DNA of 64,000 nucleotides from Macrostomum lignano (Eukaryota): NCBI GenBank assembly GCA_002269645.1, contig NIVC01002389.1, positions 1 to 64,000 of the forward strand, read 5' to 3'. Shown piece by piece: positions 38,801 to 48,859 of this stretch (position 1 is its first letter; each line of letters starts with the position of its first letter). The notes under the pieces were generated by a model. It saw only the letters and a program-made list of their open reading frames with translations, ran no database searches and was not told where the DNA came from. The position numbers and the translations under genes were made by a program.

Positions 38801-40572
38801 ATTTGTTGGTTGATTGATCAATTGATTGATTGACAGATTGATTAATTAATTGATTGATTGACAGGTTCTTTAGTCAATCGATTGATTGATAGGTTGATTA
38901 GTTCATTGATTGACAGGTTGATTAGTTCATTGATTGACAGGTTGATTAGTTAATTGATTTATTGACAGGTTGATTAGTTAATTGATTGGTTGACAGGTTG
39001 ATTCATTAATTGACAAGTTGTTTAGTTGATTGATTGATTGATTTATTTATTGACAGGTTGCTTGATTGACAGGTAAATTGATTTTTTGTTTGTTTGTTTG
39101 AGACATTGATTGAATGATTGATTGAAATCACTGACAATTATTTGGTGTTGGCTACTTGGCGATTCTAACCCCCCAGTAACCCAGAGTTCTCCAGGTGAGA
39201 ACTTTAATCAAAACAGTTTTTTAGTCCAAATTCAAAGTATTGATGTACTAAACTGGATAATTCGCTTATAATTTACCAACACTGCAGACCCACTGGAAGC
39301 GGGTGAGGCATTCGGTTTATTCAGTGTTTGTTTCGATGTTGTCAAGTATTACGCAACAACTAGGCTCTGTTGTCATTTATTGCGTTATATTTCTTAATAT
39401 TCAAACTGTTGTTTTGCTAGAACTTCTTTCACCGTAAAATATCGCAATAAATACTTTAAGTAGTAAGCGTGTGTTTATTTTTACTTTTTCTCTATTAGTC
39501 TTTAGTTTTTAGTTTTCATTTCTAGTTTTACTTGTCAAAGTATTGTTAAATTTCTGGCTTGTTGGATTAGTAAAATTGTTGTTTTCAACTGCTGGTTCCC
39601 ATCCTTCAGGCGGGTATCTGAGGCCGCTCACCCCATCCTTCAGGCGGGTATCTGAGGCCGCTCACCCCATCCTTCAGGCGGGTATCTGAGGCCGCTCACC
39701 CCATCCTTCAGGCGGGTATCTGAGGCCGCTCACCCCATCCTTCAGGCGGGTATCTGAGGCCGCTCACCCCATCCTTCAGGCGGGTATCTGAGGCCGCTCA
39801 CCCCATCCTTCAGGCGGCTATCTGAGGCCGCTCATCCCATCCTTCAGATCCTTCAGGCGGGTATCTGAGGCAACCTACTCAAACTTCTCTATTTGAGGCC
39901 GCTCACTCATCTGAGTCTCTCCCCTCCCCAGGTGTGGAGGGCATCATCGAGGACGTGTACCTGCTGGGCGCCCCCGTGTCGGGCTCGGCCAAAGACTGGA
40001 GCCCGTTCGCCCGCGTTGTGTCGGGCAAGATCGTGAACTGCTACTGCCGCACCGACTGGTTCCTGAAGTTCATGTACCGGACAATGTCGGCCAGCTTCAG
40101 CCTGGCCGGCCTCGGGCCAGTCCAGTGGTCGGACAGGCGCATGTGCAACCTGGACCTCACCTCGATGATCGGCGGTCACAAGGACTACTTCAAGAAGATG
40201 TCGGAGATTCTGCCCATCATCGGCGTGCCGACTACCGACAAGCCCAAGCCCGTCCTCAGCCGCCTGCCCACCACCTCGGCGCCGCAGCTTGGCATCCGGC
40301 CGCCCGTTGATGTTCTCGCTCCAGCTGCTGCTGTGGTCCCAGGTTCGAGACCAACGGCTGAGGACGCTGGCGCGGCCGCACCGGCCAAGTCGGACAGCCG
40401 GGCCCGCTCGGCCAGTTTGTCCCGCCTGGACGAGGCCCGACGCCGTCTGCTGGCCGAGGAGGCTGGCGGCGTCCCCGTCGCCGCCGCTGCGCCTTCAGCC
40501 GCACCGGCCACTTCGGCTGAGGTTGCGAGTTCGAATCCCGCCACACGTATCGGAGCTGTCAAGGCTGTGTGA
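32845..40572 (+). CDS. TMCO4: TMCO4 / DUF726 alpha-beta hydrolase-fold protein, 5 exons, 644 aa
   Basis: Exons 32845-33056, 34142-34501, 36019-36487, 38234-38486 and 39932-40572 all have GT-AG boundaries and compatible phases (1935 nt, divisible by 3). Family motifs: YDARAR; IGLTGGLAAPLVAAG; GAGLTGWKMRKRVG; IDNPW; RPVTLIGFSMGA (nucleophile elbow); IIEDVYLLGAPV; DW; GH. Confidence 0.93.
33170..33590. repeat. 21-bp minisatellite in TMCO4 intron 1 (CCTTCATCTCTTCACCCTGCC)n
   Basis: Tandem units. Confidence 0.9.
33990..34132. repeat. About 31-bp minisatellite abutting the TMCO4 intron 1 acceptor
   Basis: ctctgacccccgcccaccacccgcctccccg units running into ctgtccacag|. Confidence 0.85.
34580..35985. 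repeat. 26-bp minisatellite in TMCO4 intron 2 (GTGGCGCCACAATATTGAGACAGTCA)n, about 54 copies
   Basis: Tandem units with variants. Confidence 0.95.
36505..38210. repeat. 21-23-bp minisatellite filling TMCO4 intron 3 (CTAACAATCTCRTGTCCCCTCC)n
   Basis: Tandem units; the variant composition drifts along the array (CTAAC to TTAAT/CTAAT to CTGAC/CTCAC). Confidence 0.95.
38590..39125. repeat. Degenerate (GATT)n low-complexity array with TTGACAGGTT units in TMCO4 intron 4
   Basis: Runs of attgattgattgacaggtt. Confidence 0.85.
39597..39905. repeat. 34-bp minisatellite upstream of the TMCO4 intron 4 acceptor, about 8 copies
   Basis: ccatccttcaggcgggtatctgaggccgctcacc units. Confidence 0.95.
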
Positions 40573-40629
40573 TTTTGTAGTCCATTGAGTTTTCGGGATT
40601 CGATGCGATTGCAACGATTTCTTATAAAT

Positions 40630-41030
40630 AAGGTAGATAAGGTAGAGGGGGGAGAGGTAGATAAGGCTGAAGGGAGACAGGTAGATAAGGCTGAAGGGAG
40701 ACAGGTAGATAAGGCTGAAGGGAGACAGGTAGATAAGGCTGAAGGGAGAGAGGTAGATAAGGCTGAAGATAAGTTTTAAGGGAGAGAGGTAGATAAGGTA
40801 GAGGCGAGAGAGGTAGATAAGGTAGATGGGAGACAGGTAGGTAAGGCTGAAGGGAGAGAGGTAGATAGGTAGAGGTGACAGGTAGATAAGGTTGAAGGGA
40901 GAGAGGTAGATAGGTAGAGGTGACAGGGGTAAATAAGGTAGAGTGGAGAGAGGTAGATAGGTAGAGGTGAGAGAGGTAGATAGGGTAGAGGGGAGAGAGG
41001 TAGATATGGTAGGAGGGAGGGGACTGGGAA
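40630..41030. repeat. Purine-rich GGTAGATAAGG minisatellite downstream of the TMCO4 stop
   Basis: aggtagataaggctgaagggagac units and degenerate variants. Confidence 0.85.
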
Positions 41031-41794
41031 GAAAAGGAGAGTTTAATCCCACAGTCCACAAGTTCCTCTTTTATCTAGTTAGCTTTAACCGTTGTTTGTT
41101 TTACTTTTCTTTCCAGTAGCCTGAATGGCTGAATGAATAACTCAGATAATTGAGTTATGTTGATTAATTATTTAAATTTCATTCGGCTAATTAGCATATT
41201 TTTGTTTAACTACTTGTCTGTCTCGTAGTTTCTAAGTCCGCTTTTTTAATTTTTCGCATTATTTTTCCTCGCATCATAGTTATCCAAGAATTTTACCATA
41301 ACTGTTATAGGCTTACACACAAACATTTCCTCAGAGTGTAATAAAGTCTTGTCCGTTGATTTTGTGATATTTTATGCCTAATGCTTTGCTAATTTTCCCG
41401 CAGAGCACAGCTGTTCGTTCAAGGATTTTTCTGTTTGTTTTATATTCCAATTTTGCTACTGGCATCGCCGGGGTGTGGGCAGTAGTGCGATGCGAATATT
41501 CATATCAGATGGCAAATTCTGTTGTACATGGCTTTTGGTTGTACTGCTCGCACAGTGAGCCTGGCCTTCCGCACTGTGTCAGTTAAATATTACTGCAACT
41601 AGCTATTTTTGGCTAGTTTTAAATATCAAATTGCCAATAATTATTTTTTATGCGCTTCTGTGCTGTGTCTCTTTTGCTGCTCAGAATGCAAGCATAGATG
41701 ATGGATTTGTGTCCGCGGTAGACTTTTTTGTATCGTTCATTGTCCAAATAATTATTCAATATTCAATTACTATGGGTCGCTTTGACAAGCTCAA

Positions 41795-41950
41795 AACTTC
41801 ATGAGTTCGAACTTTATGAGCTCAAAACTTCATGAGTTCGAACTTTATGAGCTCAAAACTTCATGAGCTCAAAACTTCATGAGCTCGAACTTTATGAGCT
41901 CAAAACTTCATGAGCTCAAAACTTCATGATCTCAAAACTTAATGAGCTCC
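41795..41950. repeat. Short GAGCTC/TCATGA-containing minisatellite
   Basis: gagctcaaaacttcat and gagttcgaactttat units. Confidence 0.8.
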
Positions 41951-42438
41951 AATATTCGGAAATTCTTGTTAAAGTTTTGATTTTGTTAAGCGACCTCCGA
42001 ATCGTGGCTTTTTGTGGTATATTAAATTAAATTTTTTTGCCCTGCCGTCAGCTGTTTTTCTGTTAATTTTTTTATTCTGTAAAGTTGAGATTCCACTCTC
42101 TTGAGTTGAGTTGAGCGGCGTCTGAGGCAACTCCCATTTTTGGAAGTTTTCCTCAACTTCTTAAATTTTCTTGGCCTCGGGAAACCGGATCGCCCTGCCA
42201 GATTGCCGCAATCGCGGAAATGCGAAACTTATTTGAGGCAGTGAAAGACCTTTATTGGTCTGGCTTAACCTTTGCTTTTTGAGACCTGTCCAACTTGTCA
42301 AACGCAGCGGTTGACAGCGTGGGCATCTGCCAACCAGGTGGCCTGACAACTGGGATAAATATCCCCATTCGGCCTATCGGCCCCTCCCTTCCAGTATCGC
42401 AGGCCCAACTCTCAGCATAGCCATTCAGACAGAGCGCC

Positions 42439-42851
42439 ATGATTTCCCAGCCTCTACTTGCTCTTCTTCTAGCCGTAGCTGCGGCACTTATCCCCAGTCC
42501 AGTTGCTATGGCAACCGCGGCCGAGCCGGTCTGCCTGTCCGCCCAGGCCCTGGCCTGGCCCCGGACCCTCGGCGGGGCGCCGGACCCGCTGCGCACCTAC
42601 AAGATGAGCCCGCACTCTGACGGCACCTGCCACTTCACTCTGCTCCCGGACTCGGGGACCCCAGCCTGAAGTACCTGGTCCGCATGGACCCGGCCGGCCG
42701 CAACCCAGCCGAGTGCCGCAGGTGCGTGGCCAGCGGCTGCGAGCTGGTGACCCCGCCGAGCCAGACGGAGCCCGGCTGCGTGTACCGGTTGAGCAACTCT
42801 TGCCAGTTTGTGAGCGTCCGGGCCAGCGACCCGAGCCAGGCTTGTCCCTGA
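42439..42851 (+). CDS. Secreted 8-cysteine small protein, paralogue 1 (intronless, about 137 aa; one apparent 1-nt deletion at GGGG 42654-42657)
   Basis: Hydrophobic signal peptide MISQPLLALLLAVAAALIP. Restoring one G joins ...LLPDSG to DPSLKYLVRMDPAGRNPAECRRC...GCVYRLSNSCQFVSVRASDPSQACP*, colinear with paralogue 2. Confidence 0.75.
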
Positions 42852-43283
42852 GCACACCTGGATTAGAAACCCACTGAGCGCTGCAATCTTAACCATGCTG
42901 TGTATTGCATCATTGAAATACAAGATTCTAAATATCGCTATCTATGCTGTTACTTTGGTGTACTGTTTAATAAGCCTGCTAAATCTGCTCTACTAACTTT
43001 GAAACCGAAAGCACTGAGAGACTATGGCTCGTATTTCTGCAAAAAAACGGAGCAAAATTTTAAGCCGCGCTCGCTTTGCTCAAGGATCAAAGCAAATGTG
43101 AGAGAGTGGCATTGGTAACTGGGTATGGCCGCAGCGCCAGCTGCCAACCAGATGCGGTCCTCTACTAGAGGCACTTCAGAAATAAATATCTTCACCTTTT
43201 TTTAGAAATTTTACTTCAACTGGCGAATCGAACAAGTTGAGAGAGAGAGAGAGAAACTTTTTAAAAAATTAGCCAAGCCAGAA

Positions 43284-44354
43284 ATGATGCACTGCTCAGC
43301 TCTGCTCGTCTCCTTGCTGCTCCTGGCCGCTGTGGCAGCCCAGCCTGGCGGCAGGAAGCACGAGGAGCAAGCCTGCCTCTCCGTGCGCGCCATCGCCCTA
43401 CCCCGGTTCATCGGCGGCCGGAAGGACAACGTGGCGTTCTACGTGAAAAGTCTGCAGTCCGACGGCAGCTGCCAGTTCACTTTGATGTCGCCGACAGCCA
43501 AGTATCTAGTTGAATTGGACGAATCCAGGTGAGTAGGCTGGCGTGTTGGTTGGGGGATTTTGGGAGCTTGAATCAATAATAAAGTACAATGTACATGTAG
43601 ATGTGCGAGACTATAAAATTATGAGGTAAATAGCCAGGAATGAGGTTGATAGACAAATGCTAGACAGAGAAATGAGGTTATGCAGACAGACAAGTGAGGT
43701 AGACAGACAGAAGTGGAGGTAGATAGACAAAAGTGAGTTAGATAGAAGTGAGGTAGATAAACAGAAGTGGAGGTAGATTGACAGAGAAGTGGAGGTAGGT
43801 AGACAGAGAAGTGAAGTAGGTAGATAGAGAAATGAGGTAGTTAGAGAAGTGAGGTAGATAGAGAAGTGAGGTAGATAGAGAAGTGAGGTAGATAGAGAAG
43901 TGAGGTAGGTAGACAGAGAAGTGAAGTAGGTAGCTAGACAGAGAAGTGAAGTAGGTAGATGAGAAGTGAGATAGATAGAGAAGTGAGGTAGGTAGATAGA
44001 GAAATGAGGTAGGTAGATAGAGAAGTGAGGTAGGTAGACAGAGAAATGAGGTAGTTAGATAGAAAAGTGGAGGTAGACAGACAGAGAAGTGGAGGTAGAT
44101 AGATAAGTGAGACAGCTAGACAGAAGTGTAGGTAGACAGACAGTAAGCTAACACTGCTCAGCACTGCTCATCCGCCATCCGGACACAGGAGGCACCCTGC
44201 CGTCTGCCGCCGCTGCAAAACGCAAGGCAACGGAGAAAGCTGCTCGCCCGTGGCTCCTGAGCAGCCGGCGGCTGAGGGCTGCGCCTACAAGCTGAGCAAC
44301 TTCTGTGAGCTGGTCAGCGTCAAGTCCAACGACCAGTCCAAGGCCTGTCCTTGA
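43284..44354 (+). CDS. Secreted 8-cysteine small protein, paralogue 2 (exons 43284-43528 and 44189-44354; 136 aa)
   Basis: Signal peptide MMHCSALLVSLLLLAAVAAQ; phase-2 GT-AG intron. Exon 2 encodes RHPAVCRRC...GCAYKLSNFCELVSVKSNDQSKACP*. AATAAA at 44434. Confidence 0.85.
43655..44140. repeat. Purine-rich minisatellite (GAAGTGAGGTAGATAGA-type) in the intron of paralogue 2
   Basis: Degenerate tandem units. Confidence 0.85.
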
Positions 44355-44569
44355 GGCAGCTGGTGGAGGCCTTTTGTACTGAACCGGTTGACTTGTGTGG
44401 GGACCTGAGGGAACTGAGGGATCTTTGAGGCGCAATAAAAGTCAATCGAAGCAAAACCGACCCGAATTTCTTGTTCTGCTTACATGGGCTTCATAAAACT
44501 CGAAATGATATCCGAGCTTGCATTTGTAGTTGATTTTACATATCGCTGCCTCAGTTGCCAACTCATGAA

Positions 44570-46146
44570 AGACACAGCTGCCACCTCATGAAAGACACAG
44601 CTGCCAACTCATCAAAGACACAGCTGCCAACTCATGAAAGACACAGCTGCCACCTCATGAAAGACACAGCTGCCAACTCATGAGAGACACAGCTGCCAAC
44701 TCATGAAAGATACAGCTGCCAACTCATGAAAGACACAGCTGCCAACTCATGAGAGACACAGCTGCCAACTCATGAAAGATACAGCTGCCAACTCATGAAA
44801 GACACAGCTGCCAACTCATGAAAGACACAGCTGCCAACTCATGAGAGACACAGCTGCCAACTCATGAAAGACACAGCTGCCAACTCATGAGAGACACAGC
44901 TGCCAACTCATGAAAGATACAGTTGTCACCTCATAAAAGACACAGCTGCCACCTCATGGAAGACACAGCTGCCAACTCATGAAAGACACAGCTGCCAACT
45001 CATGAAAGACACAGCTGCCAACTCATGAGAGACACAGCTGCCAACTCATGAAAGATACAGCTGTCACCTCATGAAAGACACAGCTGCCACCTCATGAAAG
45101 ACACAGCTGCCAACTCATGAAAGACACAGCTGCCAACTCATGAAAGATACAGCTGCCAACTCATGAGAGACACAGCTGCCAACTCATGAAAGATACAGCT
45201 GCCACCTCATGAAAGACACAGCTGCCAACTCATGAGAGACACAGCTGCCAACTCATGAGAGACACAGCTGCCAACTCATGAAAGATACAGTTGTCACCTC
45301 ATAAAAGACACAGCTGCCACCTCATGGAAGACACAGCTGCCAACTCATGAAAGACACAGCTGCCAACTCATGAAAGACACAGCTGCCAACTCATGAGAGA
45401 CACAGCTGCCAACTCATGAAAGATACAGCTGTCACCTCATGAAAGACACAGCTGCCACCTCATGAAAGACACAGCTGCCAACTCATGAAAGACACAGCTG
45501 CCAACTCATGAAAGATACAGCTGCCAACTCATGAGAGACACAGCTGCCAACTCATGAAAGATACAGCTGCCACCTCATGAAAGACACAGCTGCCAACTCA
45601 TGAGAGACACAGCTGCCAACTCATGAAAGACACAGCTGCCAACTCATGAGAGACACAGCTGCCAACTCATGAAAGATACAGCTGCCAACTCATGAAAGAC
45701 ACAGCTGCCAACTCATGAGAGACACAGCTGCCAACTCATGAGAGACACAGCTGCCAACTCATGAAAGATACAGCTGCCAACTCATGAAAGATACAGCTGC
45801 CAACTCATGAAAGACACAGCTGCCAACTCATGAGAGACACAGCTGCCAACTCATGAAAGACACAGCTGCCAACTCATGAGAGACACAGCTGCCAACTCAT
45901 GAAAGATACAGCTGCCAACTCATGAAAGACACAGCTGCCAACTCATGAAAGACACAGCTGCCAACTCATGAGAGACACAGCTGCCAACTCATGAAAGACA
46001 CAGCTGCCAACTCATGAGAGACACAGCTGCCAACTCATGAGAGACACAGCTGCCAACTCATGAAAGACACAGCTGCCAACTCATGAGAGACACAGCTGCC
46101 AACTCATGAAAGACACAGCTGCCAACTCATGAAAGACACAGCTGCC
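44570..46146. repeat. 23-bp minisatellite (ACACAGCTGCCAACTCATGAAAG)n, about 68 copies
   Basis: Tandem units with few variants. Confidence 0.95.
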
Positions 46147-47829
46147 GTAGGATTACTTAGCATCTTTATTTTAAAAACTATATGGTAAAGTTTTATAATT
46201 ACAACTTGCGGTACGATCTACTAACGACCGTAAAACGCATAGTAGTATCACTAGTATTTTATTTAGCAACTGCCAGTTTCAGCTCTTAGGCAATACTTGA
46301 AAACCCAAATCCCACGCATCCTTATTAGTTAGCAGGTGTTGGAGCTGTCGCTCTGCCTACAGCACAAGGAAGCAACAAAGAAGATTCTCTCAAGATGCTC
46401 AGGAGAAGAAATTGCAAAGGCCTGTGTGCCTCCGACATCAGCCACTCCCGGTTTGTTTGCATTGAGCAGTTCGGGCCGGAGCTAAAGACAGTTGAGCTCA
46501 GTCGTGCTCCAGCTCAGTGCCTGTCGTATGCCCCCCCCCAGTTTCATTTGTTCCACTTCTTTGCCTGCTCCTCATCCTCCTTGTCTCAGTGGGGGGGGTA
46601 CCTGCCACACTCACGTGGGCCCGCGTGTGCGCACGACTTTCTCCTTCGCAATGCTTCACTACAAAAGCGCGCTTAATTGCCTCAGAGGAGGCGGCGGCAT
46701 CGCAGCCTCTCTCCTTGCTTCACCTGAGTCTGCTTTTTTATTCCGTCGTCTTTTTTTTCCTCCAGCACTCCTCTGTCGACTTTTACTCTGCAGTAATTCT
46801 TCGCTGGTAGTCATGGCAGTTGATGAAGCACAGGTCGGAAGCTGCATGGTTAAGGCGGAGCTGGGGACTCGGGATCGGAAACGATATTGAAATGATTTAA
46901 AATCTGGGAATTTCACCTGCGCTGCCGCTGGAGGAGGCTGCATGGGGCGGGACTGGTTTTTTTCTACAGCAGATGACGGAGTGGCTGAGACGCTGCAAGC
47001 GGGGAACAGCTGCCAGCCCCCTACGGCGATAACAAAGGCAGCTCCTTCCAGCACGACTCGCCTCAGTGACAGGAGAAGCGCTTTGAGGCTGGGAGGCTGG
47101 GGATGGCGGGGAGCGGGGGCTGCAGCAGCTCAAGTGTGTTACCGGGGCTCCTGCGCCAGCCTTGCTGTGCCTGCATCTGTCAGGGAATGCTCTGGAACAG
47201 AAACTGCTGCTGCTGCTGCAACCGAGGGTCTCGCTTCCCTGCTGCATGCTCCTCTCTCTTCAAGTGCACTCGCGATTTTTTGCCGACGCCTGCTGACTGG
47301 CAGCTCGATGGGATTACAAAAACAAGCCTGACGCCTCCATGGCCCGATCCCATGCGGGGAAATTTTCCTAATCCAGCGTTTGAGAAGGCGTTGAGTCGGG
47401 GCGGGACCTGACAATGCCAGGAGCATTGGACTGGATTGTGAAATACTAGATTGCAATACTATCAGCAACCTTATAACCGCTGGCTGCTAGCAGTGCAATT
47501 GATTATGGGATTTAGCATGTACGACTGATGCTCAGGTCGGGCAGCGGTGCCAGCATGCACATATATTATCCGCTATCAGACTGCCGCGGCGTCTCTGCTG
47601 CTGCCTGACGGCTGACTCGGGAAATGCGACACCCCGGCTTTGAGATGCCGCCAGCCCTCCTTCCCAATGCCTGCTAATCCGATTTTTGAACCATTTTTTC
47701 TCAACTTGAATTTTAAACCCTCTTCTCCCTCAGAGAAGCAACAATTCTCTCTCAGATTTCTAATTGAATTTTCTGTGTGCCCTCCCTTTCCCTGCTCTCC
47801 TGTTTCACCTAGGCTGACTAATGACTGTG

Positions 47830-48170
47830 GCAAGCTTATATGTATATATATGTGTTATAGTGCTTATAATGCAGCCGGCAAATTTGGCGCCAATTCAAAA
47901 TTGACTAACACAAATTGGCACAGCAACCGACAGCTCAGCCGCAGCTATTGCGCGGCGCATCTGAAGGCTGCGTACGGCTGTTCAGTCCAAGGACTGCATG
48001 GGGTCGCCGAACACAGCCTCAGTTACCCCAGCTAATGCTGGCAACCATTTTACAGCAATGCAGAGTTAAGTGTCTTGCTCAAGGACACAAATTGTTTCGA
48101 GTGGGTCGAGAATCGAACCCACGACCGCTCGTAAAAGTACACGCTTGGAGATCGGGAACTCTGTCTAAGT
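47830..48170 (-). mobile_element. tRNA-headed SINE with V-domain-like core (boundaries approximate)
   Basis: On minus: B-box GGTTCGATTC (48109-48127) followed by gtgtccttgagcaagacacttaac (48066-48088), a motif typical of V-SINE-type elements. Confidence 0.55.
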
Positions 48171-48524
48171 AGATATAGATAAGGAACAGTGCCCGTCGCT
48201 TTGCAAAGTCACGTGACGCAGTGAATTGCGTCACTGTGAAGCCAGCGAGATTGACGAAACAAGTCCGCTCTCTGTGTTTTTTATAATTATAACTTTAAGC
48301 GAAAATTTAATAAATTTTTACTTTACTTAAATCAGAAAGCGAAACATCATCCGAGACAATTGGACTGGGCACCAAACAAACAAATAACTTGTTGACTTTT
48401 CTGATTGATTGACAGCATCACTGAACTGGACGGATCACAGATGCACAGGAGAGTTTTTAAGTACAATCAATACTCTCATTGTTAGTTGAGCTGATGACGG
48501 CACTTTAAAATTATTAGTAGCCTA

Positions 48525-48730
48525 CCTGACCTCCCCAGTCTCCCTGACCTCCCTGACCTCCTTGACCTCCTTGACCTCCCCGGACTCCCTGACCTTCCTG
48601 ACCGATCCCTGACCTTCCTGACCTCCCTGACCTCCTCGACCTCCCTGACCTTCCTTGACCTCCTTGACCTCCCTGACCTCCTTGACCTCCTTGACCTCTC
48701 TGATCTCCCTAACCTCCTAACCTCCCGGAC
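48525..48730. repeat. 9-10-bp TGACCTCCC tandem repeat
   Basis: Degenerate tandem units. Confidence 0.85.
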
Positions 48731-48859
48731 AATATCCTCACTTGTTCTCGACTCCTGCCTACTCTGCGATCTAAGACACTGATTAGAATAATCTTAATAG
48801 GTAAAAAACATGTTTACAACTTGCAAGCTAAGAATAAATACGGAAATGAAACTGTGTGT

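Noticed and set aside
40495-41061. YLSP / LQPYLP repeat ORFs
   Set aside because: Antisense translations of a purine-rich minisatellite.
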